A stretch of 64,000 nucleotides of DNA from Gammaproteobacteria bacterium (GTDB lineage Bacteria > Pseudomonadota > Gammaproteobacteria > Steroidobacterales > Rariloculaceae). Below the pieces are notes generated by a model. It ran no database searches, was not told where the DNA came from, and worked only from the letters and a program-made list of their open reading frames with translations. Below, piece after piece: positions 36,313 to 46,032 of the stretch; the first letter of the stretch is position 1, and each line of letters starts with the position of its first letter. The stretch spans positions 4,228 to 68,227 of the forward strand of contig JAJDVG010000032.1 of assembly GCA_022826245.1 (NCBI GenBank). The letters are read 5' to 3'. A program made the position numbers and the translations under genes.

Positions 36313-38805
36313 TCAGAAAAAGTACCTGAACTGGACACCGTAGCGCGCCCCCCGGCTCGGCCGGCCGCCGCCGGCGTCGAATGCCAGGAGCAGGGTTCGA
36401 CTCTGGAAGTCAGCCCCGCCGCCACCGAGCAGCGGCGCCTCGTCGGTGATGTCGCGCCCATAGACGGCCACTTCCCAGTCCCCGTCGCTCGGCTGAATGC
36501 CGAAACGCACGTCAACGCGGTGGAAATCCTCGACTTCGGATAACGGATCGAGTTCGCCGGTGATGTAGTAGCCATCCGTAAAGAGTACGGAACTGGAAAG
36601 GAATCCGGTCAGATTGCTGCCGAGATTGAAGGTCCACTGCGGCGTGAGCGCCACCGTCCATTCGGGCGTGTGCGGCAATTCCGAACCTGAAAGATCAATG
36701 GTACATGCCATTCCGGTCTCTCGCGTGTACTGTTTCGCGTACAGGCTGTTGCACTGATCGGCGCCGGGATAATCGGTGTATTTCGCCTCGCCGAACATGC
36801 CGTTGAATCCGAGTGTGAAGTTGTCGCTGACGGCCCAGCGCCCGTCCCACTCCACTCCCTGGGTGTTGGCTTCCGCTGCATTGGTTGTAATGAACACCGA
36901 TGTCACGGAGTCAAAGACCGTGACCTGAAGATCCTGGTAATCGGTATCGTAGATCGCAAAGTTGATTTCCAGTCTGCCATCGGCCAGCAGCGACTTGTAG
37001 CCGAGCTCAATGCCATCGGCGCGCTCGGGCTTGAACTGCAGGGACGGCGGCAGGTTGCCGCCCGGCGCTGGCGACATCACGAAGCCGCCGGCCTTGAACG
37101 CCTCGACATACTTGGCGTAGAGCATGACGTTGTCCGTTGCGTCCCATTCGATTCCAACCTCCGGAAGCGTGTCGTCGGAATCCTCGCGTAACGGTGTTGT
37201 TCCCGTGTGACGGAATTCCGGGAACGAGGTACCCCCCGGAGGGAGAAACGAACTCCACGTCAGAAAATCGCCGTCCTTTTCGACGTCCTGATATCGACCG
37301 CCGATGTTCAGTCTGAACTCGTCGGAGATGTTGTAGGTTCCGGAGAAGAACACGCTTTCCCAGGTGGACTCCTCGATCACCGTGCCCTGAAAGCCTACCC
37401 CGGCAGCGATGTATATCGGGATGCTGCTATCGAGGTCATGCTGCTGGTAGTACGCACCGACCATCCAGGAAAAGGTTCGGTCCGCGGGTGAGGTCAGTCT
37501 GAATTCCTGCGCGATCTGGTCGAAGAACTCCACACGTTCGGCGTGGAAGACTGCAAGCGAGCTTGAATCGGGGTCCAGTGCATGGAACTTGTCGTATGTC
37601 AGATTCGATGTAATCGAGCTCAGCGTCAGATCGCCGATGTCCCAGTCTACGCTGAACATGAAAATATCGGCCTGATGAGTCCTGTGCGTCGGCTGATTGA
37701 ACTGGTCAACATTGTTCAGACCGCGGCGTACGGGGCTGCAGCCTTGTATCGGACTCACGGCGCACTCGACCGGCGTAAACGACGGCCCGAATTCGGCGTA
37801 AAAGGGTGAAGTCGGCGAAACGAATCTGGCTTCCGTCGTCCTCGCCCCCGGCGTGAGCCCCAGTTGGGCATCGAGTTGCTCGGCGACCTCCCAGATATCG
37901 AGCAAGCCGCTTTCGCCGACGCGCCCGACCTCCAGGCGCAGCGGCAGAGCGATGCTGTCAAGCAGGTGCTCGTAGGCGCAAAGCGCCGCGAATCCACGAG
38001 TCAGCCCCTGGTTTGCACTGCTCGTTCTCGGGTCGAGATCGCAACGGCTGAAAGTGAGTGGCGTGCCGTTCTGAAGGATGTCCTGGTATTCATACTTGAA
38101 CTCGACCGAAACCCGTTCTGACGGGGTCCAGACGCCGAGAAGCCTGTAAGAAGCGTTGTCGAGGTTGCCGAGCGGTTCGCCGGTGGCGTGATTCGTCCAG
38201 CCGGGTTCCTTGAGTTCGTAGTCGCGGCCGGAAAAACGCAATCCGAAATTGTCGGTCACCGGTCCGCCGAAGCCGAATTCAACCGTCTGCTCCTTGTCGG
38301 TGCTGCCGTAGCCGACAAGGATGTTGCCTTCGAACTCGTCGCCGGGTCGGCGGCTGATGACGTTCATCGCGCCCGCGGTCGCACTTTGACCCGCAAAGGT
38401 CGGCTGCGGCCCGCGAACGACTTCGAGTCGCTGCACGTCGAACACGGAATTCTGCCCGAGATCGTCTCGACCGTAATACACACCGTCCACGAACTGGGCT
38501 ACGGCCTGTTCGTAGGCCTCGTTACCCTCGGACGTCCCTATGCCCCGGATGTAGAGCTGCTGCCCGGAAAAAGCATCCCGCATGTAGAGGTTCGGGATGA
38601 ATATCGAGAGATCCTCGATGTCGGAGAATCCACCGCTCTGGATTGCCTCGCCCGTAACCGCCGTTACGGAGATCGGCACGTCTTGCAGGCTTTCCACCCG
38701 GCGTGTCGCGGTAACTACGATTTCTTCCAGTTGTTGGGCTGCAACCTGCGAAATTGCAAGGCATGCAAGCAGCGAGAAAGCCAGGGTATTGATCAGTCGC
38801 TTCAT
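36313..38805 (-). CDS. TonB-dependent receptor
   Basis: ORF trimmed to ATG 38805 (RBS GGGAGAA upstream). Signal peptide MKRLINTLAFSLLACLAISQVAAQ. TonB-box/plug LEEIVVTATRR. Long beta-barrel ending RYGVQFRYFF. Confidence 0.9.
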   Translation of the reverse strand: MKRLINTLAFSLLACLAISQVAAQQLEEIVVTATRRVESLQDVPISVTAVTGEAIQSGGFSDIEDLSIFIPNLYMRDAFSGQQLYIRGIGTSEGNEAYEQAVAQFVDGVYYGRDDLGQNSVFDVQRLEVVRGPQPTFAGQSATAGAMNVISRRPGDEFEGNILVGYGSTDKEQTVEFGFGGPVTDNFGLRFSGRDYELKEPGWTNHATGEPLGNLDNASYRLLGVWTPSERVSVEFKYEYQDILQNGTPLTFSRCDLDPRTSSANQGLTRGFAALCAYEHLLDSIALPLRLEVGRVGESGLLDIWEVAEQLDAQLGLTPGARTTEARFVSPTSPFYAEFGPSFTPVECAVSPIQGCSPVRRGLNNVDQFNQPTHRTHQADIFMFSVDWDIGDLTLSSITSNLTYDKFHALDPDSSSLAVFHAERVEFFDQIAQEFRLTSPADRTFSWMVGAYYQQHDLDSSIPIYIAAGVGFQGTVIEESTWESVFFSGTYNISDEFRLNIGGRYQDVEKDGDFLTWSSFLPPGGTSFPEFRHTGTTPLREDSDDTLPEVGIEWDATDNVMLYAKYVEAFKAGGFVMSPAPGGNLPPSLQFKPERADGIELGYKSLLADGRLEINFAIYDTDYQDLQVTVFDSVTSVFITTNAAEANTQGVEWDGRWAVSDNFTLGFNGMFGEAKYTDYPGADQCNSLYAKQYTRETGMACTIDLSGSELPHTPEWTVALTPQWTFNLGSNLTGFLSSSVLFTDGYYITGELDPLSEVEDFHRVDVRFGIQPSDGDWEVAVYGRDITDEAPLLGGGGADFQSRTLLLAFDAGGGRPSRGARYGVQFRYFF

Positions 38806-38845
38806 TGTTATTCTCCCGGCAGGGTGTGTAGTCACAGTAATAACT

Positions 38846-39241
38846 CTATCTGCGGCCTCCAGCGGCGCTCGACCAAAGCACCTCTTCAGTATTGGCGTTG
38901 ATGACCACGGACGCGTTACCCGTGTTGGTGCCGTCTCGCGAACCATAGCCCTCCACGGAAATCCGATCCCCGGCCTGCAACGTCCTTGGTGTCAAGCCGC
39001 TGCGCATCAATGCGTTGATGCCGAGTAGTTCGATGGCCCAACTCTCGACATTCCCGTCGTCATCTTCGATATCGACGAATATCCAGGCATGTGGATTTGT
39101 CCATTCGATGTCCGATACGGTGCCGGTTATCGAGATCGGCCGTCCGACGTCGAATTCAGCCGTAAACGAGTGGTGTGAAAGCAACGGTGCGGCAGCGAGC
39201 AGCCCTACGATACCGAGAAGAACTGACAGTTTGGAGTTCAT
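38846..39241 (-). CDS. DUF6152-like small secreted protein
   Basis: 131-aa ORF with signal peptide, then HHSFTAEFDVGRPISITGTVSDIEWTNPHAWIFVD. Sits immediately upstream of, and co-oriented with, the TonB-dependent receptor. Confidence 0.75.
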   Translation of the reverse strand: MNSKLSVLLGIVGLLAAAPLLSHHSFTAEFDVGRPISITGTVSDIEWTNPHAWIFVDIEDDDGNVESWAIELLGINALMRSGLTPRTLQAGDRISVEGYGSRDGTNTGNASVVINANTEEVLWSSAAGGRR

Positions 39242-39428
39242 GATCGGCGTCCCCGGCAGACGGTTTCTTGTGTTGCGGAGGGCTCAGCCGGCGCACGTGC
39301 TTTCGAGCACCGGAATCGATTGCGAACCATCGCATTGTTACCTACAACGAGCATCGCGCCGTGGCGCCCATCCAACACTTACTGCGACTGTGGCTTGGCA
39401 AGCCTTTCTGTACGTAGCGAAATCTACC

Positions 39429-39491
39429 AAAAAAAAATACAAGCAAAGGGAGTGTTTGTCCAGGCCGGGACGATTCAGCGGCAGTCCCGGC
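39429..39491 (-). terminator. possible intrinsic terminator region (GC hairpin, weak AT hairpin, T9 run on minus strand)
   Basis: 8-bp stem GCCGGGAC/GTCCCGGC (39464-39491). Weaker stem 39439-39459. A9 on the plus strand (39429-39437), which is T9 on the minus strand downstream of the methyltransferase gene. Hairpin and T-run geometry is not canonical. Confidence 0.35.
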
Positions 39492-39583
39492 TTGCAACGC
39501 CCAATGCATCGCTGGCGGGTTCGATCCCGGCGCGGCCAGCACACATCGAGACCACGTCGCTCGCCCCCTGGCGCCCGCGGTCG

Positions 39584-40210
39584 CTACCCGGAAGTCGAAA
39601 AGCAACTGATCTCGATCTTGCCGAGACAGTAGGATACGAACTCGTTCGACGTCCTGACGTGATCGGCATAGGGCCCGGCGCCCGGGTGGTCGATGTTGTC
39701 GGCCACGAGCAGCGCGCCGTCCAGGAGTTTCGGTTGCAGCAGTTCGAGCATGGGCAGGTACATGCTCTTCCAGCCGTCGAGGAACACGAAGCCGATGCCG
39801 GGGCCTGCGTCGGCGAGCGTCTCGAGGGCATCCCCTTCGAGCAGCGTCGCGACCTCGCCGAGACCCGCTTCGTCAAGAACAGTGCGCGTTGCCGCGCACT
39901 TGTCCGGATGCGCTTCGGTCGTGACGAGGCGACCGCCGTTGTCGCGCGCGGCGGCGGCCAGGTAGGTCGTACTCACGCCGAATGAGGCGCCGAACTCGAC
40001 GAGATACTTCGCACCGGAGCCGCGCGCGAGCAGGTACAGCAGCCGTGCTTCGTCGCGGGATACGGCCATGTAGAGACTGCCCAGGCGCGTCAGCGACTCG
40101 TCGGCCCGTTCACTTGCGGAGAGTTTCGCGTGGCGGTCGCGGTCGCCTTTCGCGCCGGCGTGCAGCCGGGCAACGCAGGCGGCTACGGCAGGATCGTTGA
40201 GGCTGTTCAT
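39584..40210 (-). CDS. class I SAM-dependent O-methyltransferase (family 3-like)
   Basis: ORF 39584..40504 trimmed to ATG 40210 (208 aa). YLVEFGASFGVSTTYLAAAARDNGGRLVTTEAHPDK, FVFLDGWKSMY. Confidence 0.75.
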   Translation of the reverse strand: MNSLNDPAVAACVARLHAGAKGDRDRHAKLSASERADESLTRLGSLYMAVSRDEARLLYLLARGSGAKYLVEFGASFGVSTTYLAAAARDNGGRLVTTEAHPDKCAATRTVLDEAGLGEVATLLEGDALETLADAGPGIGFVFLDGWKSMYLPMLELLQPKLLDGALLVADNIDHPGAGPYADHVRTSNEFVSYCLGKIEISCFSTSG

Positions 40211-40278
40211 GGGCGAATCGTAGCGCAAAAAAAGACCCCGCCGGTTGGCGGGGTCAAGTGTCGAGAACTCAAACGAGA

Positions 40279-43107
40279 TCAGAACGCATGCGTGTATTCC
40301 ACCCTGACCATGCGCATTCTCGGGTCGTAGAATTGAGAGCGCACCGTGGTCAAGGAATTGGCCCGAAGCGGCGGCTCGTTGTCCATGACGTTGAGCACCG
40401 CCACGTTGATGTCGTTCGAGGACGGCAGCGTGTAGGTATACACGAGGTCGTGCTGCGACCAGGAACTCTCGTCGGTGTTGTATTCGAACGCTCCCGGGTT
40501 CCACAGTTCGATACCGTCCGTAAGGCGCGTGCTCCAGCGGATGGCATGGTTTCCCCTGGCATAGGTGGCGATCAGGTTGGCGCGGATTTGGGGATTGTCG
40601 GTCAAGCCGAGATCCGCTCCACGGTCTGTGCCCACCGCTTCGATCAGGTTGCCCTGAAGGTCGGATACCTTGAAGCTGTCGACATATGAGGACAGGAGCC
40701 TCAGGCCGAACACGCCGCCTGCGAGGTCCCTGGTCCAGTCGATGGTCACGTCGACGCCCGAGGTCTCCACGGCGTTGCGGTTGACGAAAGACGACTTGAA
40801 GAGCGCAATGTCAAAGCCGTCGATGCAGCCATCGGGCAGCGGATCGGCCTGGTTGCCGGACCAGCGGCCGGTCACCTCGCAAACCTCGGTCGGAACGCCC
40901 GGGAAGAGCTCGATTCGCGGGTCGGTGATGTAGCCGTCCGCGATGTCCGCGAGGAAAATCTCATCGGGGTCGATCGTCGAGACGAGGTTCGTGAAGTCGT
41001 AATTCCAGTACGTCACGTCAAAGGTCAGGTTGTCGGTGACGTCCCAGGTAAGACCGACGGTCCAGTTGTCCGACTCTTCCGGCAGCAGATCGGGGTTGCC
41101 GACCGAAAGCGCGCGGGCCTGGGTGACTTCGCCGCCGAGCGGGCGGATGGTCGTACCGCTCGGGCCGATGCCGAAGGTCTGGCGTTCGGAAGCCAGGCGG
41201 AAGGAGGAGCCAACCGAGAACCTGACGAACACATTGTCGGTGGGCGTGAAGAGCCCGGTGATCTTCGGTTCGGTCGAACTCAGCCCGTTCGTGTCTTCGA
41301 AGCGAACGGCGAAGTCGAGCTCGAGAAGCTCCGACGGGTAGATGACCAGTTCGGCGAACACGGCTTCGGTTTCGCGCGATGAGTCCCAGGACTGAACGAC
41401 CTGCGGGGCGAATCCGAATCCGCCGTCCCTTCTGACGGGGTTGACCTCGATGGCGAGTTCCTGTTGCCGGTACTGGACGCCCAGGGCAATACCGCTCGCG
41501 CCGCCGGCCATTTCCCAGAGGCTGCCCGTGATCAGTGCCTCGACGGAGAAGAAATCGGAATCGCCTGTCTCGAGATCGATATCCGTCATCCAGGCCGCCA
41601 GCGTCGGTGAGTTGTAGGTCGGATCGCCGGGTTGCGCTATGAGTCGGCTGGCGAACGGGTTCCACCACTGACAGTTGCCGACGCCCGGTTCGATGTTGGC
41701 ATTGCTGGCTGCGCCGCTGACCTGGTCGAACTTGCAGTCGCCGCCGCCGTAGCCCTGGATTGCGCGAGCGTATCGGTCGGCGATCGTATCCGAGCGTCCG
41801 GATTCCTGGCTGTTCCAGGACGCCGTGCCGTTGACCCGCCACTCCCAGTTGTCGTTGATCGGGCTCGTCAGCGACATGGCCGATCTGAAGGTATTCTGCT
41901 CCGCAAATGAGGGCAGCGACCCTTCAAGCGGGCTGGCTTGTCGGGTGAAAACACGAATGAAATTGGTCAGCGGAAAATTCGGATCCCGTTGGTTGGCATC
42001 GATCACGCCGGGATTGTTGGCGGGGAGTACCGCCCCCAGGCTGGGTAACGCCAATAGCGGCACGCCCGTGCCGAAACTGCTGAGCGTCTGAACCCGCGCC
42101 ATGTTGACTTCCCAGGTCAGGTTTGCGCCGTTGGCGAAATCCCGCGTGGCGACTGCCATGCCCGTGAACCGGTCGTTCTCGGGGATGATCGTGCGTTGCA
42201 GACTCAGCGTGCCCCTGCAGAACCGGTTCGTGGCCGGATCGGCGGGCAAGCCGTCTGCATTGTGGTACAGGGCACCCGCCGGATCCCAGATCACATTCTC
42301 CTCGAGGCCGCCGATGAGCGGGCTGCCGCACAGCGGGTCGGCATACCAGCCGAACCCGACGCCCGGCACGACACCGCCGAAAGTGCCGGGATTGTAAAGA
42401 CCGGTAATCAACCCCTCGCCCAACCGCTCGTTACTGAACACGTCCTGACTTTGCATCTCCTTCGTGCGCTTGAGGTACTCGAAGCCCATGACGATGCCGA
42501 AATCGTTGTCCTGGATGCCGAACAGGCCACCGATGAGGACCTCGGGCACGTCGCTCTGGGCGTCGGCGAACTGGCTCGACACGGAAAACTCGATGCCCTC
42601 GAAGCTGTTGCGTGTGATGAAGTTGGCGACACCGGCAACGGCATCGGAACCGTAAAGTGCCGACGCGCCGTCGAGTACGAGCTCGATACGCTCGAGCATG
42701 ATGGCCGGAGCAAGATTGTTGACATCGACCTGCGACGCCGAGTTGGCATCGATTGTCTGGCGTTGCCCGTTCAGCAGCACGAGCGTCGATCTCGATCCGA
42801 GGCCGCGCAAATTGATGCTGTTCGTTGGCGTGTTCCAGTTCTCGGTCACGTTTGCCGACGAGATCTGCGGCATGTCGCGCAGTACCTCGACTGCCGAAAT
42901 ACGCTGATTGGCCCTGATCTCCGCGGAATCCACAATAGCCACGGGTTGCGGGCGATCAGCCGGACGGGAGATGAACGAGCCCGTGACGACGATTTCCTCG
43001 AGATCGGCCTGGGCGAGCACTTGCGAGGGCAGCGCTGCCCCGCAGGCGAATGCCACGGCCGCGGCAACTTTCGTATAGCTGACACAACCTTTCTTGCTTG
43101 ATTTCAT
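40279..43107 (-). CDS. TonB-dependent receptor
   Basis: 942-aa ORF. Signal peptide. Plug LEEIVVTGSFISRP and NLRGLGSRSTLVLLNGQR. C-terminal barrel ending MVRVEYTHAF. Confidence 0.9.
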   Translation of the reverse strand: MKSSKKGCVSYTKVAAAVAFACGAALPSQVLAQADLEEIVVTGSFISRPADRPQPVAIVDSAEIRANQRISAVEVLRDMPQISSANVTENWNTPTNSINLRGLGSRSTLVLLNGQRQTIDANSASQVDVNNLAPAIMLERIELVLDGASALYGSDAVAGVANFITRNSFEGIEFSVSSQFADAQSDVPEVLIGGLFGIQDNDFGIVMGFEYLKRTKEMQSQDVFSNERLGEGLITGLYNPGTFGGVVPGVGFGWYADPLCGSPLIGGLEENVIWDPAGALYHNADGLPADPATNRFCRGTLSLQRTIIPENDRFTGMAVATRDFANGANLTWEVNMARVQTLSSFGTGVPLLALPSLGAVLPANNPGVIDANQRDPNFPLTNFIRVFTRQASPLEGSLPSFAEQNTFRSAMSLTSPINDNWEWRVNGTASWNSQESGRSDTIADRYARAIQGYGGGDCKFDQVSGAASNANIEPGVGNCQWWNPFASRLIAQPGDPTYNSPTLAAWMTDIDLETGDSDFFSVEALITGSLWEMAGGASGIALGVQYRQQELAIEVNPVRRDGGFGFAPQVVQSWDSSRETEAVFAELVIYPSELLELDFAVRFEDTNGLSSTEPKITGLFTPTDNVFVRFSVGSSFRLASERQTFGIGPSGTTIRPLGGEVTQARALSVGNPDLLPEESDNWTVGLTWDVTDNLTFDVTYWNYDFTNLVSTIDPDEIFLADIADGYITDPRIELFPGVPTEVCEVTGRWSGNQADPLPDGCIDGFDIALFKSSFVNRNAVETSGVDVTIDWTRDLAGGVFGLRLLSSYVDSFKVSDLQGNLIEAVGTDRGADLGLTDNPQIRANLIATYARGNHAIRWSTRLTDGIELWNPGAFEYNTDESSWSQHDLVYTYTLPSSNDINVAVLNVMDNEPPLRANSLTTVRSQFYDPRMRMVRVEYTHAF

Positions 43108-43381
43108 GATGCGCTCCTGAGCCTCCCGTGTTGTAAAAAAGGTGCGAGTGAACGGTCAGATCCAATTGACTCGAATCGCGGGAAAGTCTGCCAATAGATC
43201 AAATTTGTCGGCGTATCGTACCCACCAGTCCTATTCTCGGCAAGCCGAGCCGTTGGATATCCGTCACTCCTGGCGGATATATGAGCAGACTCGGCAACTG
43301 GCATTGGATATGTTGTAGACGCGCTACGCAAACGTGGTGGACCGGACGATCCCGCCCCTCCGGATTCCGCGCGCTTCGCCG

Positions 43382-44269
43382 TCAGCGCGGCTCGCCAAGG
43401 ATCACGAGCGTACGCGCCTCGATGCTCTCGCGCGGGATGAACTCGCTCGGGCAGGCCGGATTGACGAATCCCGTATGCGGCATGAATCGCGCGCGCCCGT
43501 CGGTGCGCGAGTCGAAGCACTTGAGCAGCAGCACTTCGTCCGGCTGCATTTCCGATGCGAAGAACCACCGGTGCCCGGGATTGTGGCGCAGCGAGTAGAC
43601 GTGGCCGGTATGGCGCGGCGCCTCGAGGTCGTCTTCGCCGAAGTGGTGGATGTCGGTCGGAATAAGGTCTGCGTTGTCGACGCTGCGCGCGTCGCAAAGT
43701 GCGAGCGGCGTGTCGAGGATGGGGCCGACGATCGGCCGCCAGAGGTTGACGAACGCGAAATGCCGATCCTCGAGATCGAGGCGGTTCGTGGCCTCGAGCA
43801 CGGCGCGCTGCCGCTCGGGTCCGGACTGTTCCGTGTAGTCATTGTGCGCCTGGTCGACGGGCTCGCGGACACCGGGCTCGCCGCGCGCCGCACGTACGGC
43901 GCTGCGCACGTTGTGGTCGAAGACGATTACGGCCGCGGCGGCCGTGAAGTCGCGAACGGCGCCTTCGACCTCGGGATAGTAATGCGTTCGAACGGCGGCC
44001 GGGTCGTAGAAGTCGACGAAATCGGACCGGTGCGAGTGCAGCTCGAAGCCGTGCTCGTCGAGACCGAGACGATCCGCGGCGGGGCGCGCATCGCGGATCC
44101 GCATGGCCCGCGCTGCCGACGGTGGCTGCACGATCTCGAGGCCACTGTTCGGCGGATAGACGCGCACCTCGGCCCGTTCGATGCCGGGGTCGATATAACC
44201 GATCGGCGCCTCGACCGAGGGAAGCCCGGCGCCGAGCGCGTCAGGCGTCGGCGATTGCAGGTATGCCAT
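43382..44269 (-). CDS. CmcJ/NvfI-like oxidoreductase (family call from memory)
   Basis: 295-aa ORF. DQAHNDYT and FVNLWRPIVGPILDTPLALCDARSV resemble the CmcJ/AsaB-type dioxygenase-like family. Confidence 0.6.
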   Translation of the reverse strand: MAYLQSPTPDALGAGLPSVEAPIGYIDPGIERAEVRVYPPNSGLEIVQPPSAARAMRIRDARPAADRLGLDEHGFELHSHRSDFVDFYDPAAVRTHYYPEVEGAVRDFTAAAAVIVFDHNVRSAVRAARGEPGVREPVDQAHNDYTEQSGPERQRAVLEATNRLDLEDRHFAFVNLWRPIVGPILDTPLALCDARSVDNADLIPTDIHHFGEDDLEAPRHTGHVYSLRHNPGHRWFFASEMQPDEVLLLKCFDSRTDGRARFMPHTGFVNPACPSEFIPRESIEARTLVILGEPR

Positions 44270-44286
44270 CGGAATCTGGCCGGACG

Positions 44287-45756
44287 CTAGCGTCCGACCG
44301 CGCTCCAGAGGTCGTCACGGGTCTGCGGTTCGGCCGACGCGTGCGTGTTGATGTAGCGCTCGAAGTCGGTCAGGCCGAGTTTCTCGAGCGCCGGCACGAG
44401 TGCCCGGACGTGGTCGTTGCCGGGCTGCCCCGGCGGCGGCAGCGAGAAGTCGCCCTGGTACAGAATCCGTTCCCTCGGTATGTGCGCGACCAGCAGGCCG
44501 TTCGAATGCGGCGTCGGCCAGATGTGGTACATCTCGACCGTGCGGTTGCCGTCCGAATAGACCTTGAAGTCCTCGACCGGATCGACCCAGGCCGGCCGCG
44601 GATTCCTTGCGAGCGTATCGTCGAGCAGGGTGCGCGGCGTGTTGAGCGCGCGCTCGAAGAACTCCCGGTTGTTCGCATGGGTGATGATCGTGGCGCCCTC
44701 GGCGACGAGCACCGGGATGCCGCCCGTGTGGTCGGCGTGCGCGTGCGTGTTCATGACGTAGCGGATGGGCTTGTCCGGGATGATCCGCTTCGTTTCCTCG
44801 ACGTAGGCCAGTGCGCGCGCCTGACTTTGTCCGGCTTCGAGCATCATGACGTGATCCTCGAACTCGATGATCAGCGAATCGTAGCTTCCTGGGCCGGTCG
44901 TGAGCCGATAGAGGCCCTCGCCGAGTTCCTCGGCCATGATCTCGAACGACGGGGGCGGACCGCCGCCGCCGAAACCTCCCGGAACTTCCGCGGGCGCGGG
45001 CGCGATGCTCGCGAGGTCGGGCGGGTTCGCCGTCGCCCCCGTCACCGCGACCTCGAAGAACGGCCAGCCGCCGCGGGTCTGCACGATCTGCGTCGGCGCC
45101 GTGTAGCCGCCGAAGTCGCGCCAGTCGGAATACGTGGCGACGATGTGCATATCGCCCATGATGTTCTCGCCGAGCCAGGTCTCGACCCGCTCGACGAGGT
45201 TGTCGTCGTTGACGTAGCCGTTGATGACATAGCTCGCGCCGGACGGCGCCGTGACCGCCGGACTCCAGCTCAATACCGTGTAATCTACGCCGCCCATTCT
45301 CTGGCTGCTCGCTGTGGCGCCATTTTCGGCAGCGCCCTTCAGGAAGCCCCACGGCGTGATGTAAAACTCGAGCGAGCCGCCCCAGGGTTGCGAGACGTCG
45401 GCCTGTTCCGGCGTGACCTGCTCGAAGTACGTGCCCGGCGTCACCGTCGTCGAGCCGCCGCGCCCGACGTTGACGGTGCTGCCCGTGTGGCGCGAGGTCG
45501 GAGCCTCGAGATCGATCACGCGGACGTAGCCCATGATCGGCCGCATCGGATCGTGCGTGCCGTGGCAGATCATGGCGGTGGCATTGGCGCCGCACTGCTG
45601 GAAGGAAACGTATTTCGCGGATCCCTCGTAGCTTATGGATTGCACGTCGCCCAATGCCGCCCGGGCATCGGCGATGAGCTGTGCGGCATCCTGCGCGAGG
45701 GCGTTTCCGCCGAGTATCGAGATGCAAAATGCGGTTGCCCCGAGTTTCTTCAACAT
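44287..45756 (-). CDS. secreted MBL-fold metallo-hydrolase
   Basis: ORF 44287..46149 trimmed to ATG 45756 (489 aa; MLKKLGATAFCISILGGNALAQD signal). HxHxDH motif NTHAHADHTGG. Confidence 0.8.
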   Translation of the reverse strand: MLKKLGATAFCISILGGNALAQDAAQLIADARAALGDVQSISYEGSAKYVSFQQCGANATAMICHGTHDPMRPIMGYVRVIDLEAPTSRHTGSTVNVGRGGSTTVTPGTYFEQVTPEQADVSQPWGGSLEFYITPWGFLKGAAENGATASSQRMGGVDYTVLSWSPAVTAPSGASYVINGYVNDDNLVERVETWLGENIMGDMHIVATYSDWRDFGGYTAPTQIVQTRGGWPFFEVAVTGATANPPDLASIAPAPAEVPGGFGGGGPPPSFEIMAEELGEGLYRLTTGPGSYDSLIIEFEDHVMMLEAGQSQARALAYVEETKRIIPDKPIRYVMNTHAHADHTGGIPVLVAEGATIITHANNREFFERALNTPRTLLDDTLARNPRPAWVDPVEDFKVYSDGNRTVEMYHIWPTPHSNGLLVAHIPRERILYQGDFSLPPPGQPGNDHVRALVPALEKLGLTDFERYINTHASAEPQTRDDLWSAVGR

Positions 45757-46032
45757 GGCGATTTCCCCGGTTAGAGGTCGGATACTGGAATTGGACGCCA
45801 ATTCTACATGCTTGATCGCCGGTGGGAGAGGGTGGCGGCGTAGGTCCCTCGAGCGAATCGCCTCATGTCCGGCCCGCTTCGAACGGCCAGGTGCGAGTGC
45901 GCCGGCCAGGCGGACGAATCGCGGTCGCTCTGCCGTCGTCGCGACAGGGAAATCGCATCGTGCATGCGTTTCGGCTGCCGTTCGCCGCGCTACACTACGG
46001 TTTCCATCGCATTCGAAACGACGGTAAGAGAA

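Noticed and set aside
39515-39541. tRNA-like fragment considered as a functional tRNA or tmRNA 3' end
   Set aside because: I could not build a complete cloverleaf. The T-stem has two mismatches, there is no complementary 5' acceptor strand within about 80 nt upstream, and the 3' end reads GCACA rather than a discriminator plus CCA.
43104-43697. 197-aa ORF spanning the TBDR promoter region and the 3' end of the CmcJ-like gene
   Set aside because: It is Arg/Ala/Pro-rich with no motifs, and overlaps the antisense of a supported gene and an intergenic region. Likely spurious.
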